Source: Xylographa opegraphella
Taxonomy: Eukaryota
Direction of reading: 5' to 3'
Assembly: GCA_022813865.1 (NCBI GenBank)
Contig: JALDZX010000002.1
Location: forward strand, 496,001-560,000
Length of the DNA: 64,000 nucleotides
The position numbers and the translations under genes were made by a program. Positions 51,068 through 63,227 of the stretch are shown one piece after another. Position 1 is the first letter of the stretch, and the number at the start of each line of letters is the position of its first letter. The notes under the pieces are model-generated. The model searched no databases, had not been told where the DNA came from, and saw only the letters and a list, made by a program, of their open reading frames with translations.

Positions 51068-54000
51068 ATGGCCACGCATAGAAGTCTCGCCTGCGAACCA
51101 GCTGCTGATGATAGCTTTGGCCCTGTGGTCGACGCCTGTGCCCGCTCATTCGACTTCACCTTGCTCTTTGAGCAAAGTATTCTCTCTGCCGCTCCTACCA
51201 CCGTCTTCCTGCTTCTTTCCTTATGGCGAATATGGAAGCTCCGCATCTCTAGCCATAAGACAAAGCATAGCTGGATGTCAATTGTCAAACCGATTGCGGC
51301 TCTGGCGTTGATCGTCTGCCAAATTACTCTTCTAGCCTTATACACCAGGTCAAACACAATCAAAACTAGGTTCTCTATATCAACCACAGTATTGAGTCTT
51401 TCCGCTGCTATGGCTATTTTGCCACTTTCATACTTGGAGCACACTCGATCTGTGCGACCATCGACACTTCTAACCTCTTACCTTGCTTTCTCAATCATGC
51501 TTGAAGTTCCTCAGATTCGCACGATTTACCTCATACCTGGGCAGCTGGATTTAGCGGCTGCTTTCTCTACGGTGATGGTCGTCAAAGCCGCCCTGCTCCT
51601 GTTTGAGTCATGGAATAAAAGAGTTCTCCTAGAGAGCCAATACTGTTCCCTGGCTACAGAGGCTACAAGTGGTATCTTCAGCCGCAGCCTTTTCCTTTGG
51701 ATGAACAGCCTCTTCTTGAAAGGTTTCGCCAGGGTAATCTCGTTCGATGATCTTGGTCCTGTTGACAGCAAGTTAGATTCAGCCAGACTTCATCAAGTCT
51801 TTTGCGCTGAGTGGGAGTTACAGGATCATAATGTTAAATGGCCCCTTCTGCGTACCTCATGGAGGGCTTTGCGCTGGTCAATACTATCGCCTGTACCTCC
51901 CCGCTTGTGCTATGGAGGGTTTCTTTTCGCACAGCCGTTTCTCATTAATAGGGCCACCGCCTACTTGAGCTCTTCAAGTGGCACTATCGATGATGACATT
52001 GGTTATGGGCTCATCGCTGCTGCGGGATTTGTGTATCTAGGGATAGCAGTAAGAATGGGGATTTATAGCAGCCTCCTCAAAGCTGAAAGGCTAATGTTCA
52101 TAATCTTAGGTTTCGACGGCCTTGTATAAGCATCAACTCTACCGCCATATCACAATAGTCAGAGGCTCACTCGTATCGGTTATCTACTCGCAAAGTCTGT
52201 CTATGAAGCGTCTCCCGGACGATCCATCGGCTGCCGTAACTCTTATGAGCACTGACGTAGACCGAATCTGCCAAAGCTTGGTGTGTTTACATGATACTTG
52301 GTCGCGCCCATTGGAGCTGATCGTGGGGGTCAGTCTTCTAACCTTGCAGATAGGCTGGGTGTCCGTTGTACCACTCATTGTTGTGCTCTTTAGCGCCTTG
52401 GTTGACTCCAAGGTCACTTTGTCAATTGGAGGGAGAGTTGCTCTCTGGACTGACGCAGTTCAGCAACGAATCTCGCTGACGGCAAATGTGCTGTCGTCAA
52501 TGAAAAGTGTAAAGATGTTGGGGCTCGTGAGACCTATGCACGTGATGCTGCAGAATGAAAGGTTACGTGAGCTCAGACTGCAGTCAAAGTTCCGTTGGTC
52601 GACCCTCTGGTTGAACACATTAGGTAAGACCCACTTCCATTCAACATGAAAATATATTTGTCCACATTATATGTCGCAAGTTTGCCCAGAACTCAAAGAG
52701 CCAGCCATAAGACTACTTGAGAACACATGTTCTCAAAACACGTCAAAGACATTATATCTCTTATAAATTTGCTCATCGATGGCTCTCGAATGATTGTATT
52801 AAACTATATTTGAGTTCAGAGATTTAACTAGTTGCTACAGGGAACGTACCTACTGCGCTCACAGCCGCCGTCACTTTCATGACCTATGCGATCAAGGCAC
52901 ACCTACAAGGCTCCACTAACCTTGACGCTTCTCAAGCATTCACAAGCCTGGCGCTCATTTCGCTTGTTACAACTCCTGCTAGCGAACTTCTGACTGCATT
53001 CCCATTCACAGCTGCATGCCTTGGATGTCTGAGAAGAATCCAGGAGTACCTAATGCAACCGAGGTATACCGATCGGAGAGTTTTCACTACAGGAATGGAT
53101 GGATCGTTTGCAGAGAAAGCTAATCGTGTTTCCAACTCGGATACAATCATTGCACGTATATTTCACATAAGCATTCCGGCACTCGTCGGCTCAGGTTCTC
53201 TCATACAGGATTTGGACGTAACGATCCACCGCAATACCCTCACCATGATACTAGGCCCAAGCGGATCAGGAAAGTCGACGCTCTTGAAAGCCATTCTCGG
53301 GGAAGTCAATTACAGTGGATCAATCTCAATCGCTACAACTCGAATCGCCTACTGTCCTCAGAGCCCGTGGTTGTTCACAGGTACTGTCCAGCAGAACATA
53401 TGTGGCTTGGGAGTGGAACGAATCGACAACATCTGGTACCAGTCGGTTCTTTACGCATCTGCACTACATGATGATCTTCTAACCCTGCCGCTTGGTGATC
53501 AGACAAGAATCGAGGGACAAGCTGCCAGTTTGAGCGGTGGTCAGAAGCAACGTATCGCGCTTGCCCGGGCCCTTTACCAGCAACCACGACTTCTTTTGCT
53601 TGACGATATTCTTAGCACTCTGGATCTTCAGACAGAGACACAAATCATAAAAAACTTACTTGATCCGAATGGCCTCCTACGAAACTCCAAAACCGCAATC
53701 GTGCTAGTGACGCACACTAGACGCTACGAACCGTTGGCAGATAATGTTATTATATTCGACGAATCTGGAAATTCGACTCAGTGCTCCCATATATCACCAT
53801 TGGAGGATAGAATCGTCAGCATGATTTCAGAAAAGCCAGAAACCCTGGTACTTCCAACTGATGCAGCAACTTCCAAACAGGACCTGTGCAGTAATAAAGT
53901 AGTCCAAGAGGATCATTCGAGCGCGGTTTCGCTTCAGCTTGATGGTGACACTGCCGATTACTTTTACTACTTCAGGACTATGAAGTGGCAACAAGTATTG

Positions 54001-55686
54001 TTTTTCTTTCTCTTGGTAGCTATTCAGACTGTCTGCTACTATATGTCTCAGGTTGTGTTACAGTGGTGGACAGCAGATCACGGCTTGGAGGAAACCAAGT
54101 GGATGTCGATTTATATCATCTTGGCCGTTGGAAACGCTGTATTCTATGGCTGCATCGTGTGGGCTATGTTCCTCAACATCGTGCCGGAGTCTGCTGCCAA
54201 ACTCCATAAAGTATTGCTAGATACGGTCATGGACGCTCCCTATTCATTTCTTGCAAAAACCGATGCCGGGATTATCCTCAATAGATTTAGCCAGGATATG
54301 ACACTGATCGAGTCGCAATTGCCGACAGGGATAATGTGTACAACTATCTATCTTTTTTGGACAATAGGATCGCTGGCCCTGATATCCACAGGTTCGGTTT
54401 GGATGGCTCTGACGATCCCGGCCGTTTTTATTGCGGTTTTCTTCCTACAGCGGGTTTACCTTCGTACGTCTCGTCGACTTCGTCTAATCGAGCTTGAATT
54501 AAGGAGCCCGACGTACTCACACTTTATGGAGACATTGAAAGGACTGCTGTGTATTCGAACGCTCGACTGGGAAAAGCAGTTCACTAATGCAATGATCGCA
54601 AAACTCGACGCTTCTCAAGTTCCATTCTATTTACTATATTGTGCACAGAGATGGCTACAACTCGTGCTGGACTTAATCGTTGCCGCTCTCGCCATCGTGG
54701 TCATGACGTTAGCTGTGAAGTTGCGTAGTTCCACTGACCCAGGATCTCTTGGACTTTCGCTCAATAACATCTTGAGCTTTAACGAGACGCTGTCTCTTCT
54801 TCTTCAATTCTGGACACAGCTGGAAGTCTCCCTAGGAGCTATCACACGAACCAGAGAATTCTCCAAGGAGGTGCCAAGAGAATCAAATCCACCTTTTCCT
54901 AGCCAGCCCTCTCCGGAATGGCCAGATCGCGGCGGTATTGAAATACGCAATCTTAAGGTCCAGTACACTGAAGCGAAGGTTGCTTTGAGCAATATCAATA
55001 TGTCGATCCGACCAGGAGAAAAGATTGCACTTTGCGGACGAGCTGGAAGTGGAAAGACTTCACTGCTTTCAGCAATCTTGCGTCTGCTGGAACCCTCGCA
55101 CGGCTGTATATTGATCGATGGCATAGATATCAGCTCCGTTTCCCATGAAACGGTCCGTGGCCGCCTACTGACTATCCCGCAGGATCCATTTCTACTTCAA
55201 CGAAACTCTCGCTTCAATTTGGATCCCCTGTCGCACTACAGCGATGCACAAGTTGTCGCCGTTCTGTCCAAGGTCTCCATATGGCCGTTACTTGAGAAGC
55301 GAGGAGGCTTGGACGCCAGCATAAGCTCCGATCATCTGTCACACGGTCAGAAACAGCTCTTTAGTCTCGCTCGAGCTATTCTACGCAAGGATGTCACAGA
55401 GATTGGTGGTGAGAAAGAAAGTAGAGGTAGAGTGCTGCTACTCGATGGAGCAACGAGTAGCGTCGACGCCGATACTCACGCTCTCATGCAGCGTATCGTC
55501 AAAGACGAATTTCCTACGCACACGATGCTAATCGTAGAACACCGACTGGATACAATTCTAGACTGTGATCGCGTTGCAGTACTCGATGCCGGTAGGCTTG
55601 TTGATTTTGACAGTCCTGCGACGCTACTTTCAAGAGATTCGGCATTCTCCGCGCTATATAACGCTCGTGAACGCGAGGCATTATGA
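51068..55686 (+). CDS. ABCC/MRP-type ABC transporter (TMD0-TMD1-NBD1-TMD2-NBD2), 3 exons
   Basis: DDSFGP...FDFTLLFEQSIL N-terminus, LMSTDVDRI. NBD1 GPSGSGKST, LSGGQKQRIALARA, LLLDD. ILNRFSQDM. NBD2 GRAGSGKTS, LSHGQKQL, LLLDGATSSVD. Confidence 0.92.
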
Positions 55687-56040
55687 CTCGAAAGATATAT
55701 ATAGTGGTCACTGTGATCATGAGCTCTAGGGTAGGCTTCGTCATCATTATGCAGTAAATAATTCAACCTCGCCAAAGCCAGCAATTTACTCAAGATGTAC
55801 TTTGTGTAGCTTTTGGTGTTCTTGATCTAAGATAAGAACGCGAAGTTATTATATATACTGACTGGCTATGCGGACGTTTTCTCGCAAAGAAGAACCACCC
55901 TTGAGTTGAATTGTTGCCGGAAACATCAAGCACGTCGTCTAGTCAGACGAGACAGAGATACTGTCACTGGTGTACCTGGTTTGGTTTGGCTACGCGTGCA
56001 ATTGTACGAGTAAAAGTTCTCAGGAGGCTTCCAAATTGAT

Positions 56041-57533
56041 TCAGACTAATGCGATATCGACGAGGTGACTGAGGTTATAATTCCTGATATGTAGCAAATG
56101 ACCACTGCCAGCCTGCACTTCCTCCAGCGATTGCTCGGCCTTGGTGGTACCGTTAGTACTGCACCGGCTCAACATATACATAAGGAAAGAGACGGAGCTA
56201 AAAAGCAACAAGGTCGCTGAATACATTAAGAGAACAAACGGTGTAGTTGGCATACTTCCGCTCGACAATAGCTGCAACTGCTCCTTGTTGGCTCCAATAA
56301 AGAGTAGGCCACTCGCGCCGAGCGACTATTGCTATATCAGTTGAAGTCCTAAAACATTACCATTGTACACTTACGTATGCGGTCAGAAGCCGGAGTAGGT
56401 ATATCTCTTTGGTCATAGCGGCAGCAGATTCTTTCGATGTTCCGGTAAATCCTGCGGCAAGAATTTGAGCCACTCCTGCGGTTTGCATAGAAAACCCCAA
56501 GAACTTGTGCAGGATTGAAGGTGCGGGAAGTGTTGAATGAGTTGCGAGAAACCACCCGCCAATAACGAGCAGGACGCCTGATGAGGCTTTTCGCAATATC
56601 TGAGAGTCTGACATCCAAGCCAACCATGTAATGAAAGCATGGACACAAAGGTACACCAGGCCGGTGATGACAAGGTCGAGAATGGCTCGTTGATGTGTTT
56701 CTTTAGATATCCAGTCTGCAAGCACGACCAGCACACCGCTCATATTGACCAGTGTCGCCAGAACTGCATCCGAATTGGCGAAGGGAGCCGTCAGGCGGTA
56801 GCGCTCGCATTGCTGAATGAAAAGCAGAAGAACTCCTACGCCAATCAAGGCACTCCCAGAGACTGCATGCACCACGCACTGGCCAGTATGGCTGCCGTGG
56901 CAGAATCCCAGCGCCGTGACACCCCCAAGCATTACTTGAAACCAGGACACCAAAGGCATACCGATGCCAAGGACTGCGTGCGCCGCAATTACCGTGCGTC
57001 GTGTCCTGACCCAATACCTATGCTCGAGATGAAGCTTGAGGTAGACGCCGCAGAGGATCTGTACTGCAAGCCAATTTGTCACGAAGCTTGCGAGCTGACC
57101 GTGGGCATTCGACCTGAACTCCCGCCCTCCATGCCCTTTGGCCCAGAAAGTGGCCAATTATGGCACAAACGAAACCTACTGTCTGGACGGGAACATGCCA
57201 ACGAGATCTAGCAACCTGACCTCCAATCAGTCTCTATGATCGGCGCTGTTCCATCACCAGAGGGCAGGCTCACACCCAATACTATTCCTGTAGGGAAAAT
57301 AAGCATCCAGGTGACTGTTTGAATAAAGATGTGAAGCCAAAGTGTAACGTCCTAGATTTGCTTCAGCATTCAAGACCGAGTCAGTATTTGGAGAATTTGG
57401 AAAGTACAATTGGTGCTGCCGATACATGTTCTCCCTTGGGAATATTATGAGCATGATGCTCGTGAGAAAGTGTTGCCCTTGCTAAACAAATAGCAATGAA
57501 CCATAGTTGAGATGCATTCGTGAAGTGCTTCAT
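56041..57533 (-). pseudogene. YTP1-like (DUF2427/Ytp1) multi-pass membrane protein carrying a 1-nt frameshift
   Basis: Spliced reading: signal peptide, SHEHHAHNIPKGE..API|DVTLWLHIFIQTVTWMLIFPTGIVLG|..RSRWHVPVQ..IGHFLG, then (frame shift) HGGREF..GVYLKLHLE..QVMLGGVTALGFCHGSHTGQCVVH and C-terminal LLIGANKEQL, matching fungal YTP1 motifs. There are 7 nt instead of 6 at 57134-57140. Confidence 0.7.
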
Positions 57534-58077
57534 TATGATTCAAGTCAACTTGGATATAGCGTTGACTCTGGGACGCAGATGAGGGACACAACCGGGCTCA
57601 GGACTGATAAAATCATCTTTAGTCTCGGACCATATACGGGTTGATAGATACGGCGATTCTCAATCCAGCCGTAGTGACTTTTGTACACTGCACAGTCTTA
57701 CGAATAAAGTCATTATTTCTCACTAAGGCCCATTGCAGGGTTGTATCTGGTTATCTCGGTAATAATGCAAGGCGTGTATCCCTGTTGATCTCGGAAATCC
57801 TACACGTGACTTATCCGATCGGAAAGGGTAGGTCCGCCCCGAGTTAGCCGCTCGGAAATGGGATACACTAATCGCCAATTCTATTGTCACCGCACCGATA
57901 GCCCAGTGTCACATCGAAGCTACCGATATGCGGTGCACTCGTAGCTTGCGTATGAAGAGCGTTGGGTGCAGGTCAAAATGCTAGTCCCGTCCGAATGAGA
58001 GGTCTTCTGCTCTGTTCCGTATTTTCATTATCTATCGTGCATATGGTGGTGTTATTTCAGTGATATTGTTCCACATC

Positions 58078-59190
58078 ATGTCCTTCTCCCCCAAGTACAC
58101 TCGTCTCGGCCCCAGCGTCATTCCACAGTCTTGTCTAGAGTCACACAACTCCGCTGTTGAATCAGATGGCTTTTTGGAGAAGACGAGTCCAGGCATGAAG
58201 GACCAGCCCTCCTGGCCTAAAAAGATGGCATTTACACTTACTCAAACCTCTCTCAACTTGGTGTGGACGCTTCTGCTCCTACTGACGACCTTTCTTGCTC
58301 TCCTCTCGAAGGAGTACCGAGAACCATGCGTGGAATGGCACGATACCGATATAGGTTAGCAACCTTTTACAAGAAGAATCGCCAGAGGAACCATCAGCTG
58401 ATGCATATCACCAAGAACCCGCGAGGCGCCACATAGAGCGAATACCCGTAAAGTTCACGAGCGGTCTATACTGGAATGAGACGACGGGCGATACTACTTA
58501 CAGAACCTGGAACGAAGGTGAGCCGGTATTCGTGGGCCCGAGAACGCCAGAGCTAGATGCGGCTTGGGACGACATCTCATTACGTATGCATCAATCTTTC
58601 ACAAGGAGCCTCGCACGTTTACTGATGTTTGTGGAAGCGCTGGACCTCTACGTGACAGAGGAAGAGGCCATTAGTATATCCGATATCCCTCAGGGCATGT
58701 ATCAGGACCCAGAAACCGGCAAATATATGGTAGTGTACGGTTTTTGTTCCCATCTGCTGAGCTGCCGTTAGCTGACATCCTTTCCCCTCAGTGTAGAAGC
58801 GATTCACAGCCTTCATTGTCTGGTAATGTACCTAGAATTCTAATTGTTTCTCTTGCTGACAAGGACAACAAGAATATGCTCCGTAAACGCATCTATCTCC
58901 ACGATTATCCTGAACTCGATTCTCGAAACCTTCCGAACCACGTCGGTAAGTCATTGATGCCCTCGATTCAGCGATGGCCCCTTGAGCCGGGCTGATGACA
59001 TCAAGACCATTGCATTGAAGCACTGCGTCAGAACCTGATGTGTACCGCGGACATGACACCCGCACCAATTTTCTACTCGTCAGCCGTCGATAAGGTCCAA
59101 CCAAACTTCGAGATCACGCATTCATGCCGCAATCTCCGGCCGCTGTTGAAGTGGGCAAGAACGCGTAGTGTCCATCAGTCGTACAGCTGA
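58078..59190 (+). CDS. DUF3328 / UstYa-family oxidase #2 (about 6 exons)
   Basis: TM helix, FVGPRTPELDAAWDD, VEAIHSLHCL|NMLRK, NHV|DHCIEALRQNLMCTADMTP, HSCRN (two HxxHC motifs). Stop TGA 59188-59190. Confidence 0.88.
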
Positions 59191-62100
59191 TAGCTATGCA
59201 CTTGGACTCACGGAGAGCGTAATAGTGGTGCCATAGAGCCATGCAAGGATGTGCCGAAAGCAGGATCGGATCTCTGGGTCATCGTATCGACCTTCTGAAA
59301 GTCTACTGCCTAGCCGGAGAGGGAGATCGCTTCGAGTGTTTTATAAAGTGTTCCGACTCCAGCATGGCATATGAAGCAAGACATCGTATTGAATATATTA
59401 GATTATAGTGCGCATATCGAGACTTATACGTACGCCTAAAGTTCAAAGAATAAATGAGTTGAAGGTGTCTTAGTCACTGAGAGCACCACATTGTCCGGCT
59501 GCAGAGTTAAATCTGGGTTCGCATAATTGCTGAAATATATGCGAAATCATGTACTTTGATTCAATTGGAGGGGTGACACAACATGTCAGTGATCCTGCTC
59601 CCATAACTGGCCATTATCTGGAATAGGACGCCAGAGAGTCTTTCCAGTCTTGGGAGCTTGAGGAATTGTCTTCCTAAACCTTTCCGAGATCCCAGGATCG
59701 GGCCTCGTCGAGTTGGGTGAGGAAATGGTTTGCCAGATCTTGAGTGGCTTCTGCACGCGTTTATTGTACCATCCTTATAGTCGTGAACTGAGATTCCGTC
59801 TTGCGGTAGAACGCGAATTTGGCAGATGCGCTCGGCTAGTGCATTCAGGGTTTACTTTAGTCAGGCTTGGCAAGGCATGGCAAGGCATGGCAAGGCTGCG
59901 AAAGACGACAACTCACAGCCAAAGTCACCTATCCATTATAGTCAAGCACGGCTGAGGTAAAGGTGATGTCGCTAGCTTGTCAGCTAATATTAATGTCGCT
60001 AGGTTTATGATAGCTGACTCCTGCCTTGGTCTTAGAGACGCTGCGCATCTGCCTTGTTGACTGCTCTACTCTACATCGTACACGCATACATAGAAGACTC
60101 GCATACCTTGTGAACACATGCACACCCATAAAAAACCGCATGCATGTCAAGAACTCTATTAGGTTGTCCAAGTCCAACACCTCATATCGTATCGGTACAC
60201 ATACAAAAGAAACCCATGACCTCGTCCCTCAGTCAACACCAGAACTGTCGTTCATGGTCAGCGACTGCTCGCGCATCAACTCGAATATATCCAAAGCTAA
60301 ACTTATACCTTATACCAGCAGAACCATGGCCGTATCATTCTTGGAAGCTTTTGATATAGCTCTTGGATCTGGTGCGGCTTACGCCATTACTTCGTCTTTG
60401 ATTATTAACAGGACATGCGCAACGAATGATTTGCAGTGGGTGTCGACAGAGAATTCTTTGTGACCCTCTCGCCACACGTCCGCATGGAGAACAGTGTCAT
60501 TAGCATAAGAGCAAGCATTCGTTCAGCAAAGTAGGAACCAATAGCAGCGATTTCTTTATGACTTTTAGAGGTCACCCCGATGTACCTGATCTCAGTATTC
60601 GTGGGCATTATATCGAGCTCAGATATGAAAACCTGGGTTTCCAGGCCGCCCTCGATTATTTGGTATGTCCATCCAATGAAGATTCGTTGATTTTCAAGAA
60701 GTTCGCCGTCTGACAACAACTCTGCCCTTCCCAACTATAACTTCTTCATGTACTGCCTCTATTTCGGGGTGCTCCTTCAAAGCTTGCTGAAATTCTATGC
60801 GGAAAGTTGATATGTTCGGTCATACTTGGCTTGGAAGATATGCCTTCTACCGTCGAACATATCTAGGTCTTTCGGTTTGGCAATGATTTCGTCTTTATTG
60901 AGTAGTTCATAACCATGGTCTGAAGTTAATTTCACCATCTCTCTGACCTATGGTATCTTCGAGCAGAGATGAAGGGAGGATTATATGAAGCAGCGAGAAG
61001 CAACTAAATACGAGCTTCCCAAAGGAACTGGCTCAAGGGATATAGTACTATCTTATGGAGCGGAGGATAATACTCAAAGTTGGTGTGCTTTGGGAAATTC
61101 TTCGATAGTGTATTGTGGTATAGAGAGAGAGACGTGCTTGAAGGAAAGAATTTGCAATTATTTATACAAGAAGGGACATGATGTCCTTGGGGTCACAGTG
61201 AGGTCAAGCTCGTCTAACTAAGACATGTCACACGTGCGACTTCAGTGCCAGTGAGTGGATATATAAGTGAGTTGGCCTTCTGGATAACAATAACGTAGAT
61301 GGAGCAAGTAGGGCACCCGTAAACCAATGAGAGTGATACGCACAAGGGACATTCTGGGCAAGACACGGTCAAAGCCTCCATCCAAGGGCCGTATAGGACT
61401 AATTAACGCCGATGAGCATTGCGGAACGAGGCAACTGTGCAGAATACGATTTTTGAACACAAAGAGATCACCAGGAGTCCGCGGGGCATTTGCCATCGGC
61501 TGCGCCTCGTGATCTTACCTTACAATGAAAATGGTATCCAAACCTCAACGGCCCATGTGACAGGTCTGGGTTGTGGCGAGGCTCATGCCCAGGCTGAGGT
61601 ATAGGGCCTGTCATGAGATCCTCCAGTAGAAAGAGGCCTCGGGCCTCCACGACGTCGGTCTCGAAACATAGATTCGCTACCAAGGAGATATGAACTGTAT
61701 ACGGTCACACAAGGAAATAAGCTACTGAACTCCTTGCTTGGCTGAGCAAATGAGGCCAAAGAATGTACCCCTCTACGATGATCAGTAGAAGTTTGAGCTG
61801 GCCAAAAGAATCGCACATCAATAACCACGGAACAATCCACTCAAATATACCACGGAGAATCGCAAGCTCTTCTAAACTCTTAAACATCGTAGTGAAAATC
61901 GACGTATGCTATCGAACATGAGACAATTTGTGAATCAATTGGCGCGACCTGCTCAACGTACAGTAATCGCATTAACGTTCTGCATGTATATCTCTTGAAG
62001 CTTCCTCCCTGCAACATGGACAGCACGTACCCCGCCCCAATCTCTCTGAGATATCGGCCAGAGATCGATCCTTCGTGAATAATTGTTCAACAAAACTCCA

Positions 62101-62952
62101 GTTACCTTTAGCTATTTCCACCTGCCGGTTCAGATTGCCCTGTAATACGTCCACCCCGCCCTAGAAGTTCTTATCTCTCATTCTACCGCCCTTTAATATA
62201 CTGTAAGATCGCCGCTCACCCCAGAAGCTTACATTTGTTATCTGAAGCCTGTCCAGCAACGTCGTGACCTTCTCCCGCTAGCCGCAACATATTCGTTCTA
62301 TTTTAACTCCAGTCTATGAACTGATGCTGGTCACATGGTTAACAGAAGCCATGAAGCTCTGGGATTCCCTTTGCCAGACCGATGGTAAGCCAGTCCGCGG
62401 TGAGGGAGGCCGCTTCGGCCCGCGGACTGCTAACAGAACTGCCACTGGCTAGTAATTATGAGGATCGATGTAGACAGCATTTGGGCGCCCAATCGAAGAA
62501 CAAGTTTTGGCAATTTAAAGGAAATTAAGCAACGAAACAGGTACAGTATAGCGGATTATCATATCCCTGCTTATGTCTGGCCTGCAGTCAAACACAGGGG
62601 AGTGATGCTTAAACACCATTGAATAGCTGGTTTAAGATCGCGAGTTTATCGCGTTTACTTTTCTATCCTAGGCTGATATAGTTGCCCGGACAAGGGAGGG
62701 CTTAGTTTCGTTCTTTAGTAGTAGTGTTTAGCATTGGTTGAGTCGAATTTACGTAATAAACAAGTTTCTATATTACATTTCGTAACGGGAGAAGTTTACT
62801 TTGTGTTGTCTTGCATTGAAACTTACAAAAATCAAGTTTAAGAATATTATTGTTATCGTTTCTGTACAGTCATCGATATGGAGATTCTGATGATTATATA
62901 TAATTGTTAATTGGTAGAAGCATCACTTGCTGGTAGGCATATAGGAGGTATA

Positions 62953-63227
62953 TGTCACGTTCACGTGGCCTGTACCGAACTTCACCGAATATACGATTAC
63001 TGTTGCCCCCGCCCTGATCCAAATACACGTGCCTTTTGATAATATCTTTAATTTTATCGTTCGAAATTTAAAATATTATCTCGTTCCCGTAATTTTATAT
63101 TTTAATTAAAACGGCATTACGAAGTGGACTTAGTATGTTTTGAAACGTAGTGCAAAAACGTTAGGGTTCCCGATTATTTCAAACACGTGGTAAAAGTTGG
63201 TGTCAGATTTGCCAAGGTGGTGTCACA
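62953..63227. mobile_element. Possible degenerate solo LTR
   Basis: 275-bp segment bounded by TGTCACG...TGTCACA with an AT-rich interior. No target-site duplication found. Confidence 0.25.

Noticed and set aside
59700..62200. Minus-strand coding-like fragments (60405-60950, 61700-62150)
   Set aside because: Interrupted by stops and not assignable to any family, so not counted as cluster genes.
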